Source: a virus
Strand: one strand, 5' to 3'
Length of the DNA: 64,000 nucleotides
Virus record (IMG/VR): IMGVR_UViG_2617270923_000003
Coordinates: 1 to 64,000 of that record
A program made the translations under genes and the position numbers. Below are positions 23,806-32,807 of this stretch, one piece after another (positions within the stretch are counted from its first letter, which is position 1; each line of letters begins with the position of its first letter). The notes under the pieces are model-generated. The model had not been told where the DNA came from and ran no database searches. It saw only the letters and a list, made by a program, of their open reading frames with translations.

Positions 23806-24426
23806 TTAGTGGATGTGAGCGGACGAGGACCGCTCACGCGAAATGTCGTCCATCCGCCTTACGATCGTGTCGTGGAGCGCCTCATGGCGATCCTCAAGAT
23901 CCTGGGAGCGGATGATCGTGTAGTTGATCCGGCCGTAGAGCCTAGACATACACCCCTGCATTATAAGCTGGGTGTGGGTCTGATAGGCCCGATTGTCGGC
24001 CGGACGGCTTTCCTTGATCTCGTAATGGTCGAGCTGGCCGAGGATGAAGATATAGTCGTAGAGCTTTGCCGTGGTTTCCAGGCAAAGATCCACATACTCC
24101 TCGGCAGCGACGATCTCCTCGGGGGTGGCGCGCATATGCGAGTGCATATCGAACTCACCCATGAGGTATGCGACCATATCGATCGGCGTGCGGTCCACGA
24201 TTAACGGACGATCTGCCTTCGTGACCATTTCCACATGGTCATTGAGCAAGTGCATCTGCAGTTCGAGGCGCGAACGAATGGACATCGGGGCTACGGGATC
24301 AAACCCATGCTTCTTGCCGCATTCGGTGATGGACGTGGGCATGTAAGTGATGCCCAGGTCTTCTGCCACCCGCTTTGCGAGGGTGGTCTTACCAGTGCCG
24401 GACGCGCCGGAGATGCCAAACAGCAT
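23806..24426 (-). CDS. P-loop nucleoside/nucleotide kinase (Nrk1/uridine-kinase-like; possible NR kinase or dNMP kinase)
   Basis: Start MLFGISGASGTGKTTLAKRV (Walker A) resembles Nrk1 IIGISGVTNSGKTTLAK. About 205 aa; coupled to the dut stop (TAAtATG). Confidence 0.55.
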   Translation of the reverse strand: MLFGISGASGTGKTTLAKRVAEDLGITYMPTSITECGKKHGFDPVAPMSIRSRLELQMHLLNDHVEMVTKADRPLIVDRTPIDMVAYLMGEFDMHSHMRATPEEIVAAEEYVDLCLETTAKLYDYIFILGQLDHYEIKESRPADNRAYQTHTQLIMQGCMSRLYGRINYTIIRSQDLEDRHEALHDTIVRRMDDISRERSSSAHIH

Positions 24427-24427
24427 A

Positions 24428-24886
24428 TTACTTGCCCGTCGAGCCGAAGCCGTTTGCGCCGCGGGCCGTGTCGTCGAGGGACTCGGCGACGGTGAACTCG
24501 GCACGAATGACAGGCGCGATCACCATCTGCGCGATACGGTCGCCGGTCTTGATCGCAAAGTCTTCCTTGCCCGTGTTGAGCAGAATTACCTTCACCTCGC
24601 CGCGATAATCGCTGTCGATCGTGCCCGGTGCGTTGACCACAGTAATGCCGTTCTTCGCAGCCAGACCGGAACGCGGGCGAACCTGGGCTTCCGTGCCAGT
24701 GCTCAGTTCGATGGCGATGCCGGTCGGAACGATGGCGCGCTCGCCAGGAGGGATTACCAATTCGCCATCGACGACCGCGTAAAGATCCGCGCCGGCCGCT
24801 TCATTCGAGCCGTAGGTCGGAACCTTGGCCTTGTCGTTCAAAAGCTGGACGCGAACGCCCGTGGTTTCGTAAAGTGATGCACCCAT
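24428..24886 (-). CDS. dut: dUTP diphosphatase (dUTPase)
   Basis: Start [11 protein letters not shown] with AAGGAGAA RBS. Carries the five dUTPase motifs (AAGADL; PTG; [10 protein letters not shown]; RIAQ; C-terminal GFGSTG). Confidence 0.85.
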   Translation of the reverse strand: MGASLYETTGVRVQLLNDKAKVPTYGSNEAAGADLYAVVDGELVIPPGERAIVPTGIAIELSTGTEAQVRPRSGLAAKNGITVVNAPGTIDSDYRGEVKVILLNTGKEDFAIKTGDRIAQMVIAPVIRAEFTVAESLDDTARGANGFGSTGK

Positions 24887-24897
24887 TTGGTTCTCCT

Positions 24898-25089
24898 TTA
24901 TGCAACGCCGAGGGCGGATGCGACAGCCCTGGCTAGATGTTCTTCGCACGCCTTGACCGCAGCTTCTTCTGCGGCCCTGCGAGAGGGGTAGGGACTAGAC
25001 CAGGGCGCACTTTCGTCGCCGGCCGGGTGACGGAAGCACCAGCCGCCCTGGCGCTCTGCCACGTCGAAGCTCATGGTGATGGTGCTCAT
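24898..25089 (-). CDS. hypothetical protein (63 aa)
   Basis: ATGA-coupled to the upstream gene; GAAGGACG RBS. Confidence 0.4.
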   Translation of the reverse strand: MSTITMSFDVAERQGGWCFRHPAGDESAPWSSPYPSRRAAEEAAVKACEEHLARAVASALGVA

Positions 25090-26006
25090 GCCGCGTCCTT
25101 CACGTATTCGCCGGCAAGCGTCTTGCGGAACTGGATCCAACCAGGTCCAAAATTGCCGCCCAGGTCCGGGTTCTCGAAGATCATCTTACCATTGCCCAGG
25201 TAGAGCTTTGATCCGCGGTCGGGGGTTGCCTGGTGTTCGGTCGGCGAGGCGTGCAGCGGTGATGATCCGACAAGCAGATCATACCGTTCCAGTTCGCGCT
25301 CGATCGAGGCATCGCCATCGAACGGAGCGTAGGAGATGCGGGCCGAACGAGCGACCGACAGCTTCTGCAGGACATCGAGGCTGTGGAACTTCTTCTCCTG
25401 GCGCGTGACGTAAGGCAGATGCCAATCGCCATGCAGGAGGGTCTGGTATTGCGCACCAGCCAGAGCCTCGCGCACCATAATCGCGAGGTCATGGAAGTGC
25501 GGCTCAGCATCGTCGTGATCGCGCAGATGCAGGAAGTTCGCCCACGAGGTCGAGGTGATCAACGTGTGCTTCCAGGTGAAGGGCGCAATCAGACGGTTGG
25601 CGACCTGCTTATGATATCCGGCCTCGCCAAACGCTTCTGCGAAGCCTGCGGCCGTCCTCGCCGCGTGGCGCCAAGCTTCCTCGCGATCAAGGTCGTTACA
25701 TTCCAGCTCCATCGGAATGAAGTCGGTCGGAATGCGGGTATTACATTCTTCTAAAGCCTGCATGCCGCGCTGGTTCTTGCCCCAATGCCACGGCACGAAC
25801 GGATCGTTGCGAACTTCTTCGACCATCGTCTTGATCGGAACCGCGCGCATCGAACGGGCGTTGCGCGAGAAGACCCGGTGCGTCATCACTTCGCCGTGGA
25901 TGATATCCGGATAGTGCAGGTGCATCGTGATCAGCGGCAGAGCCGTGGTGTCGGCCGGGCGAGACGCAAGGACGATCTTTGCGAACATTCGATCAAGACC
26001 CGACAT
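25086..26006 (-). CDS. ThyX-like flavin-dependent thymidylate synthase (tentative)
   Basis: Start MSGLDRMF at 26006 with GGAGG RBS. Contains a THRVFSRNARSMRA segment resembling the ThyX RHR..S....S.RY motif. Adjacent to dut. Confidence 0.45.
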   Translation of the reverse strand: MSGLDRMFAKIVLASRPADTTALPLITMHLHYPDIIHGEVMTHRVFSRNARSMRAVPIKTMVEEVRNDPFVPWHWGKNQRGMQALEECNTRIPTDFIPMELECNDLDREEAWRHAARTAAGFAEAFGEAGYHKQVANRLIAPFTWKHTLITSTSWANFLHLRDHDDAEPHFHDLAIMVREALAGAQYQTLLHGDWHLPYVTRQEKKFHSLDVLQKLSVARSARISYAPFDGDASIERELERYDLLVGSSPLHASPTEHQATPDRGSKLYLGNGKMIFENPDLGGNFGPGWIQFRKTLAGEYVKDAA

Positions 26007-26196
26007 TGATCTGTGCCTCCAATTCAGCGATCCGACGGCGCTGGGCGCGGTTTTCTTCAAGCTGCTGGTTGTTATGGTTGAGAAGCTCGGCCACGCGCTT
26101 ATTGTGCGCCTCGACCAGAGTTTCGTCGGTGATTTCCACGACGGTCGTCTCATTGATGACGATCGTGGTCGGCTGGCGCCGGAACAGGCCAAACAT
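25993..26196 (-). CDS. hypothetical protein (67 aa)
   Basis: ATG at 26196 with GAAGGAGAAGCC RBS. Confidence 0.45.
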   Translation of the reverse strand: MFGLFRRQPTTIVINETTVVEITDETLVEAHNKRVAELLNHNNQQLEENRAQRRRIAELEAQINVGS

Positions 26197-26210
26197 GGCT
26201 TCTCCTTCTA

Positions 26211-26627
26211 TTAGAACTTTGCGAAATTCTCGGGCTGGTCCGATGCTTCGAGCGGATCGGGTTCGATGAAGACCTTGATCTTCACGCGGCTTGCGGCCTC
26301 GCCGATCGACTTTTCGAGCGCCACCTTGACGCCCTTCTCGGTCGCATCGAGAACCAGTTTCGGATAGTTGGTCCGGCTGCCATGCTTGTCGGCGAGGCGC
26401 TGGGCCAGGTTCTCCAGGAACTGATCGTCCTTGAGGAGCTGGTTGATGCGCTCGTCGGCGCGGGCGCGGACCTGGTAGCTCACGTCCTTCGAGCCACCGA
26501 TACCGTGCTCGTTGGCAAGAATGTTCTGGATCTGACCGGTCAGGAACCACTTGAGCGCGGCCTTGTCGTCCTGATGCAGCTTGTCGAAGAAAGCCTTTCC
26601 GCGCTTTTCGAGTTCGTCCGGAGTCAT
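26211..26627 (-). CDS. hypothetical protein (138 aa) ending ...NFAKF
   Basis: ORF downstream of the promoter cassette at 26638-26665. Confidence 0.5.
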   Translation of the reverse strand: MTPDELEKRGKAFFDKLHQDDKAALKWFLTGQIQNILANEHGIGGSKDVSYQVRARADERINQLLKDDQFLENLAQRLADKHGSRTNYPKLVLDATEKGVKVALEKSIGEAASRVKIKVFIEPDPLEASDQPENFAKF

Positions 26628-26637
26628 ATCTTCCTCT

Positions 26638-26665
26638 TGAGTAAGTGCTTACTTAACTTATAGCG
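26638..26665 (-). promoter_or_regulatory. promoter/operator cassette copy (TGAGTAAgtgcTTACTTAacTTATAGCG)
   Basis: Upstream of the 26211..26627 gene. Confidence 0.5.
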
Positions 26666-26716
26666 TGAACGAATTGGAACTGCGCATTTTGTTCTCGGCG
26701 GCAGTGTTTTTTTATT

Positions 26717-26753
26717 AGTGCTACGTCTTGTAAGACTCGCCAGTCATACCTAT
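26717..26753 (+). promoter_or_regulatory. direct repeat TTGTAAGACTCG x2 (25-bp pitch) in an AT-rich leader upstream of the PadR gene; candidate autoregulatory operator
   Basis: Two exact 12-mers at 26717-26728 and 26742-26753. A T-tract lies upstream. Confidence 0.4.
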
Positions 26754-26799
26754 TGTAAGACTCGTTGGTTCCTATGGTTTACGTTTGATTGGATTGATT

Positions 26800-27096
26800 A
26801 TGTTTGGTGCCACGGACTTGGAAATGGAGATCCTGCGGCTTTTGACTAGCGGACGCCGCCTCTATGGACTTGAGATGGTAAAGGAGTCGGAGAAATTGAA
26901 ACGGGGAACGATCTACGTCTACCTCGGCAGGATGGAAGACAAAGAGTGGATTAAATCGGAAGCCGAGAAGGAAGCTTCGGTTCCGGGACTGCCGCGCAGG
27001 CGCTATTGGATCACTGGTAAGGGCCAGCGGGTCTTCGACCGCGCCAATGAAATGCGGAGGCAGTATGACGCGTTTGGTGAAGGATACGCGGTATGA
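26800..27096 (+). CDS. PadR-family transcriptional regulator
   Basis: Winged-helix PadR signature (LEMEILRLL..G...YGLEM...G.......GT.Y..L.R.E..G.I). AT-rich; plus strand. Confidence 0.7.
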   Translation: MFGATDLEMEILRLLTSGRRLYGLEMVKESEKLKRGTIYVYLGRMEDKEWIKSEAEKEASVPGLPRRRYWITGKGQRVFDRANEMRRQYDAFGEGYAV

Positions 27097-27686
27097 GTGA
27101 CGACAATAAAAAAGAGAGATCATGTTACGATGTCATTTTTCACCGCGAGGGAATTCCTTCCTACATTCAGGTGAAAACCTACGGAAAAGGCACAAAGAAA
27201 ATTAGCCCTGCGAACGAGTGGAATCTCCAAACTCAAGAGCATTTTCTTGCGATCACGCGGGCTATTCGAGAGACTCATGTTAATCAAGTCAACATGTTAG
27301 TCTCGTTTGAGGACAATCAGGCCAAATCCAAGGCCGTATACATCGAGACCGAGCTTCTCCAAGCTGAAAAAATATTGGACAGTTGGAAGATTGAACCAGA
27401 AGTGCCCTTGGCGGCACCCGTCATCGAACGGCCACCTGGGCACCGCGTCATAGTGATACTTCAGACGGTTCTGCCAAAATCCGTCTTCGAACGGGTGTAT
27501 GGCCAGATGGTAGCCGATTCGCGCGAAGAGTATTACGAAGCCCTTCAGCAAGGCGACTGCGAGGAGGCGAAAAAGATCAAGTGGCAACTCAATTACCACC
27601 TGATCATGTCCGTTGTGGAATACTTTGCGAGCCTGCCGGCCCACTTGCTGACAAAACCTTTGAAGATGTTCGACAAAGGCGAATAA
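27093..27686 (+). CDS. hypothetical protein (197 aa) co-transcribed with PadR; AT-rich
   Basis: ATGA-coupled to padR; followed by an intrinsic terminator. No family was recognised. Confidence 0.55.
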   Translation: MSDDNKKERSCYDVIFHREGIPSYIQVKTYGKGTKKISPANEWNLQTQEHFLAITRAIRETHVNQVNMLVSFEDNQAKSKAVYIETELLQAEKILDSWKIEPEVPLAAPVIERPPGHRVIVILQTVLPKSVFERVYGQMVADSREEYYEALQQGDCEEAKKIKWQLNYHLIMSVVEYFASLPAHLLTKPLKMFDKGE

Positions 27687-27711
27687 GGTGGGGCCGAAGC
27701 CCCACCTTTCT
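27685..27711. terminator. Rho-independent terminator, bidirectional (ggtggggccgaagccccacctttct)
   Basis: 8-bp GC stem with T-tract; sits between convergent genes. Confidence 0.65.
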
Positions 27712-27928
27712 AAAATTCAAGATATTCGACAAGCTGGTCATACCCACCAATAAGCACCCCATCGTGGAAGACCTGCGGAAAGGTCGTGTAACCGGCGTCC
27801 TTAAACCGCTGGACCTTCTCCGGCGTGTCGTGGTCGGTTACGGTGAAGTGCTCCTTGTTGCTCTTGAGAAGAGCCTTCGCGCGGACGCAGTAGTTGCAGC
27901 CCGGCCTCGTCATGATGTGATATGCCAT
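27710..27928 (-). CDS. nrdH: NrdH-like glutaredoxin
   Basis: 72 aa with a CNYC redox motif near the N-terminus; thioredoxin-fold length; downstream of nrdA. Confidence 0.75.
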   Translation of the reverse strand: MAYHIMTRPGCNYCVRAKALLKSNKEHFTVTDHDTPEKVQRFKDAGYTTFPQVFHDGVLIGGYDQLVEYLEF

Positions 27929-27929
27929 C

Positions 27930-29612
27930 TTACGCCTCGCACGCTACGCACGAAGCGTTGGCACGGGCCAGCTCCTGTGCCTTGTTCATTCCCTTGCGGT
28001 AGTAGAGAGACTTTGAGCCGCCCTTCCATGCCGCGACGATGATGTCGATGTCGTCCTTCATGGTGGCTTCCGGCGGAAGCTGAACGTTGAAGGAGATGCC
28101 CTGGTCGACGAACGGCGTGCGGTCATTGTTCTGACGCACGAGCTCCATCTGGTCGATATCGACCCACGGCTTGTAGGTGTCCTTCTGGCGCTGGGTCAGG
28201 AAGTCCAGATGCTCGACACGGCCGCCTGCAGCCAGAATGGACTGCCAGACCGAGGTCGTGTTCATGCCCAGCCGGTCGAGCAGCTTGACGAACTGCGGAT
28301 TGTAGTTGGTGAACACACCCTTCGCGTTGTCGTTTTCGAAGACGACAGCTTCCCACGGCTCAATCGACTGCGAGACCTGGCCGCAGATGATCGAGGACGA
28401 GGTAGTCGGGGCGATCGCGTTGACCGTTAGGTTGCGATAACCAGTGCCCTTGAGACCTTCAGGCTCGCCCAGGATGATCGCCAGGTCGCGGGATGCGGCG
28501 TGGGACTCGTCATGGAGATACTTGTGGATCTCGATGTTGAGGTCGCGGGCTTCCTGCGTCTCGATCGGGATTTCACGCGACTGCAGGTAGGAGTGCCAGC
28601 CGAGCGTTCCGAGACCAAGCGCGCGCCAGCGAACGGCAAAGCGATGGGCGTCGGCGAGCAGCCGCTTTCCTTCGGTCTTGCGGATGTATTCCGACATGAC
28701 CGCGTCCAGGAAGAAGATCATCTCCTTGACGAAGGTCGTGCCCTTCCATTCCTCGTAGTAGAGGACGTTGACCGAGGACAGGTCGCAGACGAAGCTTTCG
28801 TCCGGCCCGGACGGCAGCATGATCTCGGTGCAGAGGTTCGAAGCGTAGATCAGCAGACCGAGCCGCTTGAGGACTTCCGGCCGGGCATTGTTGGCGTTGT
28901 CGCGGAACAGGATATAGGGGAAGCCGGTCTCGCGCCGCTTGTTGCGGATCTTCGCCATCATCCGGCGCTTCGGACCACCCTTCGGCTCCGCAAGCATTTC
29001 ATTCATCCAGTCGTCGCCAATGGTGACGCCGAAGGACAGATGCTGGATCGGATGATGAACGCCTTCGGTCGTGGAACGCATCTGCATCCAGCGATCGGCG
29101 TCCTGGTGCTCGATCGGCAGCCAGATGGCAGCATTACCGCGCCGGGTGTTGCCCTGCGAAACGACAGTCACCTGCTCCTGTGTCAGGCGGGCGAAATGGA
29201 CCGGGCCTTCGGACGTGCCACCGCCCGAGATAGGCGACCCGAACGGGCGCAGCGCGCCCATATAGAGCGAGGTGCCGGCACCTTCCTTAGTCATCGCACC
29301 GATTTCGGCGTTCTTGAACAGGATGGAGTCCATGTCGTCGTCAACGAAGGAACCGTTGCACGAGATGGGCAGACCGCGGTTGGTGCCGAAGTTCGACCAG
29401 ATCGGCGAGGCGGGCGATACCCAGCCGCGCTTCATGCCGTAGCGAACCATCGGCAATTCCATGCCGAGCTCCTTCTCGGCAGCATCAACAAGCGCGTTCG
29501 CACGCTTGATGGCCTCATCCTTGAGGTCTTCCTTCGCAATGCCTTCCCGCAGATATCCGCGAGAGAGGGTCTTCAACGAGATATCGTTGAAATGTTCCCA
29601 ATCAGGGCGCAT
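27930..29612 (-). CDS. nrdA: ribonucleotide reductase class I large subunit (no ATP-cone)
   Basis: 560 aa with the active-site SNLCTEI motif. Confidence 0.85.
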   Translation of the reverse strand: MRPDWEHFNDISLKTLSRGYLREGIAKEDLKDEAIKRANALVDAAEKELGMELPMVRYGMKRGWVSPASPIWSNFGTNRGLPISCNGSFVDDDMDSILFKNAEIGAMTKEGAGTSLYMGALRPFGSPISGGGTSEGPVHFARLTQEQVTVVSQGNTRRGNAAIWLPIEHQDADRWMQMRSTTEGVHHPIQHLSFGVTIGDDWMNEMLAEPKGGPKRRMMAKIRNKRRETGFPYILFRDNANNARPEVLKRLGLLIYASNLCTEIMLPSGPDESFVCDLSSVNVLYYEEWKGTTFVKEMIFFLDAVMSEYIRKTEGKRLLADAHRFAVRWRALGLGTLGWHSYLQSREIPIETQEARDLNIEIHKYLHDESHAASRDLAIILGEPEGLKGTGYRNLTVNAIAPTTSSSIICGQVSQSIEPWEAVVFENDNAKGVFTNYNPQFVKLLDRLGMNTTSVWQSILAAGGRVEHLDFLTQRQKDTYKPWVDIDQMELVRQNNDRTPFVDQGISFNVQLPPEATMKDDIDIIVAAWKGGSKSLYYRKGMNKAQELARANASCVACEA

Positions 29613-29629
29613 TCACGTTTCCTTTCGAT

Positions 29630-30598
29630 TTAGAAATTGTCGTCGTCGGCCTGATCCGCCTTCTGGTAGGCGGTCGGCTCGGAGTGGAAAAAGTCGACCT
29701 TGGCGGGCGCGAGCAGCCCTTCGGTCATCCAGAAGGTCTCGGCGCGCTCAGCCTCGGAGACCTCGAACATCGGCGTGTAGCCAATGCCTTCGAGCGACTC
29801 GTTGAGGCGCTGAGCGACGTAGGTCTTAAGGATCGAGGCGTTGAGCTTGGGCTGGTCGTAGTCGCCGAGCATCCAGTCGATCAGAGCGGCTTCAGCCTTG
29901 TAGGCTTCCTGGCACTCTTCCTTGATGCGGGCTTCCAGCTCGGCGTCGAACAGGTCCGGATATTCCACGCGCAGCGTATTGATGATCTTCATGCCGGCCT
30001 GGGCATGGAGCATCTCCTCGTTGCGGGTGTATTTCACCTGCTGGGCGGCGTCCTTGAAGCGGTTCTCGAAGCGGTTGAACCAGAGGACGATGTAGAACTG
30101 CGAGAAAAGGCTCACATTCTCCACGAACAGCGTGAACAGGATCAGGCTGTAGATGAACTGCTTCTTGTCGTCGTTGGCGAATGCCTTGTCCTTGTGCTTG
30201 GACAGGTAGCCGACACGGCCGGCGATTGCCGGCACGTTCATGTTTTCCTTAAACACGCCCTGCAGACCGAGCTTCTTGAGGAGCTTCTCATAGGCGTTAT
30301 TATGGATGACCTCGATGTAGCCCATCGTGATCCCGAGATCGGAGATAGAAGGATGAGGCAGAATGCGACCGAGTAGCGGCCAGAATTCCTTCACCTGAAT
30401 TTCGATCTGGGCGATCGCAGCGAGGCAGCGCTTGATGATTTCGCGCTCCTGGTCGGTCAGGCGGAGCTCGTAGTCGGTCACATCGCTGTCGAAGGTGAAC
30501 TTCTTGGCGGTCCAGAAGCCGTCCTGCATGGCTTCGATGAAGTCCTGAGCCCAAGGATAGAGGTCGGGGAGACGTTCGACCTGGCGTTCGAAAAGCAT
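29630..30598 (-). CDS. nrdB: ribonucleotide reductase class I small subunit
   Basis: 322 aa with the di-iron/tyrosyl radical helices (...EE..H...) and the C-terminal acidic-aromatic tail (DDDNF). Confidence 0.85.
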   Translation of the reverse strand: MLFERQVERLPDLYPWAQDFIEAMQDGFWTAKKFTFDSDVTDYELRLTDQEREIIKRCLAAIAQIEIQVKEFWPLLGRILPHPSISDLGITMGYIEVIHNNAYEKLLKKLGLQGVFKENMNVPAIAGRVGYLSKHKDKAFANDDKKQFIYSLILFTLFVENVSLFSQFYIVLWFNRFENRFKDAAQQVKYTRNEEMLHAQAGMKIINTLRVEYPDLFDAELEARIKEECQEAYKAEAALIDWMLGDYDQPKLNASILKTYVAQRLNESLEGIGYTPMFEVSEAERAETFWMTEGLLAPAKVDFFHSEPTAYQKADQADDDNF

Positions 30599-30654
30599 GG
30601 TTATTCTCGTCGGTTGGGAATGGTTGAACCCGACGCTAGGTCGGGCTCACATCA

Positions 30655-30700
30655 TAAGTAAGTAAGCCCTTACTTACTAGACTTGACAAATAAAAAGGTG
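30655..30700 (-). promoter_or_regulatory. palindrome copy (ATAAGTAAGTAAgcccTTACTTAC) followed by TTGACA...TAAAAA instead of the TTATAGCG box; upstream of nrdB
   Basis: Differs from the common cassette: a sigma-70-like -35 TTGACA lies beside the palindrome. Confidence 0.4.
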
Positions 30701-30703
30701 GTC

Positions 30704-31276
30704 TCAGGCTGCCTGCGGGACCGACCGGAGAATGGCAAGCGTCTGCTGGAAGGAAGGCGTCCTGATGCCCGCTTCCATGATCGCAACCGCGTCAGCCAGG
30801 TGCTCGTTCTTCTTGACCGGAACCATGATGCCGCCCCGCTTCGTCAGGAGCCACGGTGCCTTCGGATACTTGCCGAACGCCCATTCGATCATTTCATCCT
30901 TGGATGCGGTCTTCGTGCCGACGGCGCCAAGCTTGGTTTCCGCAGGGGATACCTCGATACCCGGAATGGGGATGCCGGCATAGGTGCCGATCACGATACC
31001 GAAGCCGAGAACGGCGTTATAGTCCTGGCCGCCCGACGGCACTTCGTAGAAGACGGTCGTAACGCCCTTGAGGGCTGCGTGAACGCCAATGCGTAGCTCG
31101 GTTGCACGGGCCAGATTGTCGGACGACGCGCGAATATTCTTGACCTTCGACTTCTCCGTCTCAACCAAGGTCAGATCCTTGACTTCAAGGGCGAGCGTGT
31201 CGAGGTCGAGCCAGGCAGTCGCAATGCCGAAGTTGCGCAGAGAGCCGTCGAGGCCCGCGATGAGAATCTTGCCCAT
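30704..31276 (-). CDS. RuvC-like Holliday junction resolvase (tentative)
   Basis: N-terminal ILIAGLDGSLRNFGIA and C-terminal HLADAVAIMEAG resemble the RuvC catalytic Asp motifs. Confidence 0.55.
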   Translation of the reverse strand: MGKILIAGLDGSLRNFGIATAWLDLDTLALEVKDLTLVETEKSKVKNIRASSDNLARATELRIGVHAALKGVTTVFYEVPSGGQDYNAVLGFGIVIGTYAGIPIPGIEVSPAETKLGAVGTKTASKDEMIEWAFGKYPKAPWLLTKRGGIMVPVKKNEHLADAVAIMEAGIRTPSFQQTLAILRSVPQAA

Positions 31277-31599
31277 TAAAAGGCTCCATAATTCGGATTG
31301 AAGTTGTTGATCCGGGTTTTCAGATCGGCAATCTCTTGTTCAATGTCGGTCAGGTCAGGTGCGGGAGGAGGAGGCGGCAAGGCGGCAAGCTTAGCCTGCA
31401 GGTCAAAGAGCTGGTTCTGGAGCCGGGCAATATCAGGGTTACTAGTCGGATATCGATTGCGCTGAACGACATCAGCGACAACATTCGGGTCCAGGGCCGA
31501 GCGCGCCTGCAGCGCCACGATCATGTTCCCGAGAAACGAGACCTCGTGCGGCTCAAGTTCATAGGAGATCGTGCCATCGGTGGCATAGACGCTCCGCAT
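31276..31599 (-). CDS. hypothetical protein (107 aa) ending ...NYGAF
   Basis: TAATG-coupled to the RuvC-like gene; poly-Pro stretch. Confidence 0.45.
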   Translation of the reverse strand: MRSVYATDGTISYELEPHEVSFLGNMIVALQARSALDPNVVADVVQRNRYPTSNPDIARLQNQLFDLQAKLAALPPPPPAPDLTDIEQEIADLKTRINNFNPNYGAF

Positions 31600-32069
31600 C
31601 AGAATGCCCCGAACAGCTCGTTATTCTGCAGAGCCATTTCCGTCTGCTTCTTCTCAAGCTCGGCTTCGTTCGCCTTGGCGTTGAGGCGCTCGGCGACGAC
31701 GGAGTTGACGATGGTGTTGAAGTTCTCGCCTTCGACGCCGAAATGCTTGGCAACAGCCGCACCAATCAGCGGAAAGGTGAAGTCGACCTCCTTCGGGTTA
31801 AGCTCGGCCCACTTGTATTCCTGGGCGTCTTCCGGCGTCATGCCAAGGATGAGCTTGCCCTGGGTGCCGACATAGGCGTATTCGACGGCGAACAGCCAGC
31901 CGGCCATCAGGGTCTTCTTCTTGAAATTCCCGGCTGCGTATTTCACCGTCGCCATCGGGGTTCCATCGACCTCGAAGAACTCACCCTTGAGAGCGGCAAC
32001 AATCTCGTTGCCGACCTGTTCGAGGATCTTCTTGGTTTCGGGATGCTGATCGGCCTTGACCTTCGGCAT
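31599..32069 (-). CDS. hypothetical protein (156 aa) ending ...QNNELFGAF
   Basis: ORF downstream of the promoter cassette at 32084-32110. Confidence 0.5.
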   Translation of the reverse strand: MPKVKADQHPETKKILEQVGNEIVAALKGEFFEVDGTPMATVKYAAGNFKKKTLMAGWLFAVEYAYVGTQGKLILGMTPEDAQEYKWAELNPKEVDFTFPLIGAAVAKHFGVEGENFNTIVNSVVAERLNAKANEAELEKKQTEMALQNNELFGAF

Positions 32070-32083
32070 CGCTTTCTCCTTCT

Positions 32084-32110
32084 AAGTAAGTGCTTACTTA
32101 ATATATAGCG
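32084..32110 (-). promoter_or_regulatory. promoter/operator cassette copy (TAAGTAAgtgcTTACTTAatatATAGCG)
   Basis: Upstream of the 31599..32069 gene. Confidence 0.5.
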
Positions 32111-32145
32111 CTTTCTTCTGGGGAACGCACAAAATATTGTGTTGG

Positions 32146-32598
32146 CTACATCGATGCGCCCGCTGCATCCTCGGCAGCGCTATCGAGCCTGTCCGTTACG
32201 TTTTCGCCAAGAGCCGCACGAAGGTCGTCGAACGCCTTCTGCTTCTTGGCGTCATACTCCTGCCAGGACCAATCCGAAGCGAAGCGCTCAGCGCCCGGCG
32301 CTTCCTTTCCGTCGGGTGTATCCCAGCAATCCTTCTCGGGCTCACCATTAACGGACTCGACGTAGGCGATCGCTGCCTTCTTGATTGCCCGAAGCTGCGC
32401 GAACTCGGTCTCGACTGCGTTACTCACGCGCTGGAAGGTCGAACGCGGCGCCGGAGAGCGCAGGTATTCTTCACAACGTTCGACTTCCGAGGGCCGCAAG
32501 AGGTGCGGCGACTTTCCACGCGACGCCGCCCAGGCGAACCTCAGCAGTTCAATCAGATCGCCAGGGTAGGGCGGTTCAAATACGATTTCTTCGGTCAT
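32146..32598 (-). CDS. hypothetical protein (150 aa)
   Basis: ATG at 32598 with GGAGAAATGGG RBS. Confidence 0.5.
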   Translation of the reverse strand: MTEEIVFEPPYPGDLIELLRFAWAASRGKSPHLLRPSEVERCEEYLRSPAPRSTFQRVSNAVETEFAQLRAIKKAAIAYVESVNGEPEKDCWDTPDGKEAPGAERFASDWSWQEYDAKKQKAFDDLRAALGENVTDRLDSAAEDAAGASM

Positions 32599-32807
32599 CC
32601 CATTTCTCCGATCTTCACGCCGAGCCAGACGGCTCCGCAGACTGCGCCGATGAGCCAGATCGCAATTCCGACGACCGGGACCAGGACGAAGGCTTCAAGC
32701 CCACCCTTGCGATTGAAGAACAACGTGAGCAGTCCGCCGATATAGCCAGCCAGAAAGACGCACACGATGTAGATTGCGGCTGCGCCGGTGAGTTCGAGCG
32801 GGGTCAT
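32595..32807 (-). CDS. small membrane protein (2 TM helices, 70 aa)
   Basis: Two hydrophobic spans; ATGA-coupled to the sbcC-like gene. Confidence 0.5.
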   Translation of the reverse strand: MTPLELTGAAAIYIVCVFLAGYIGGLLTLFFNRKGGLEAFVLVPVVGIAIWLIGAVCGAVWLGVKIGEMG

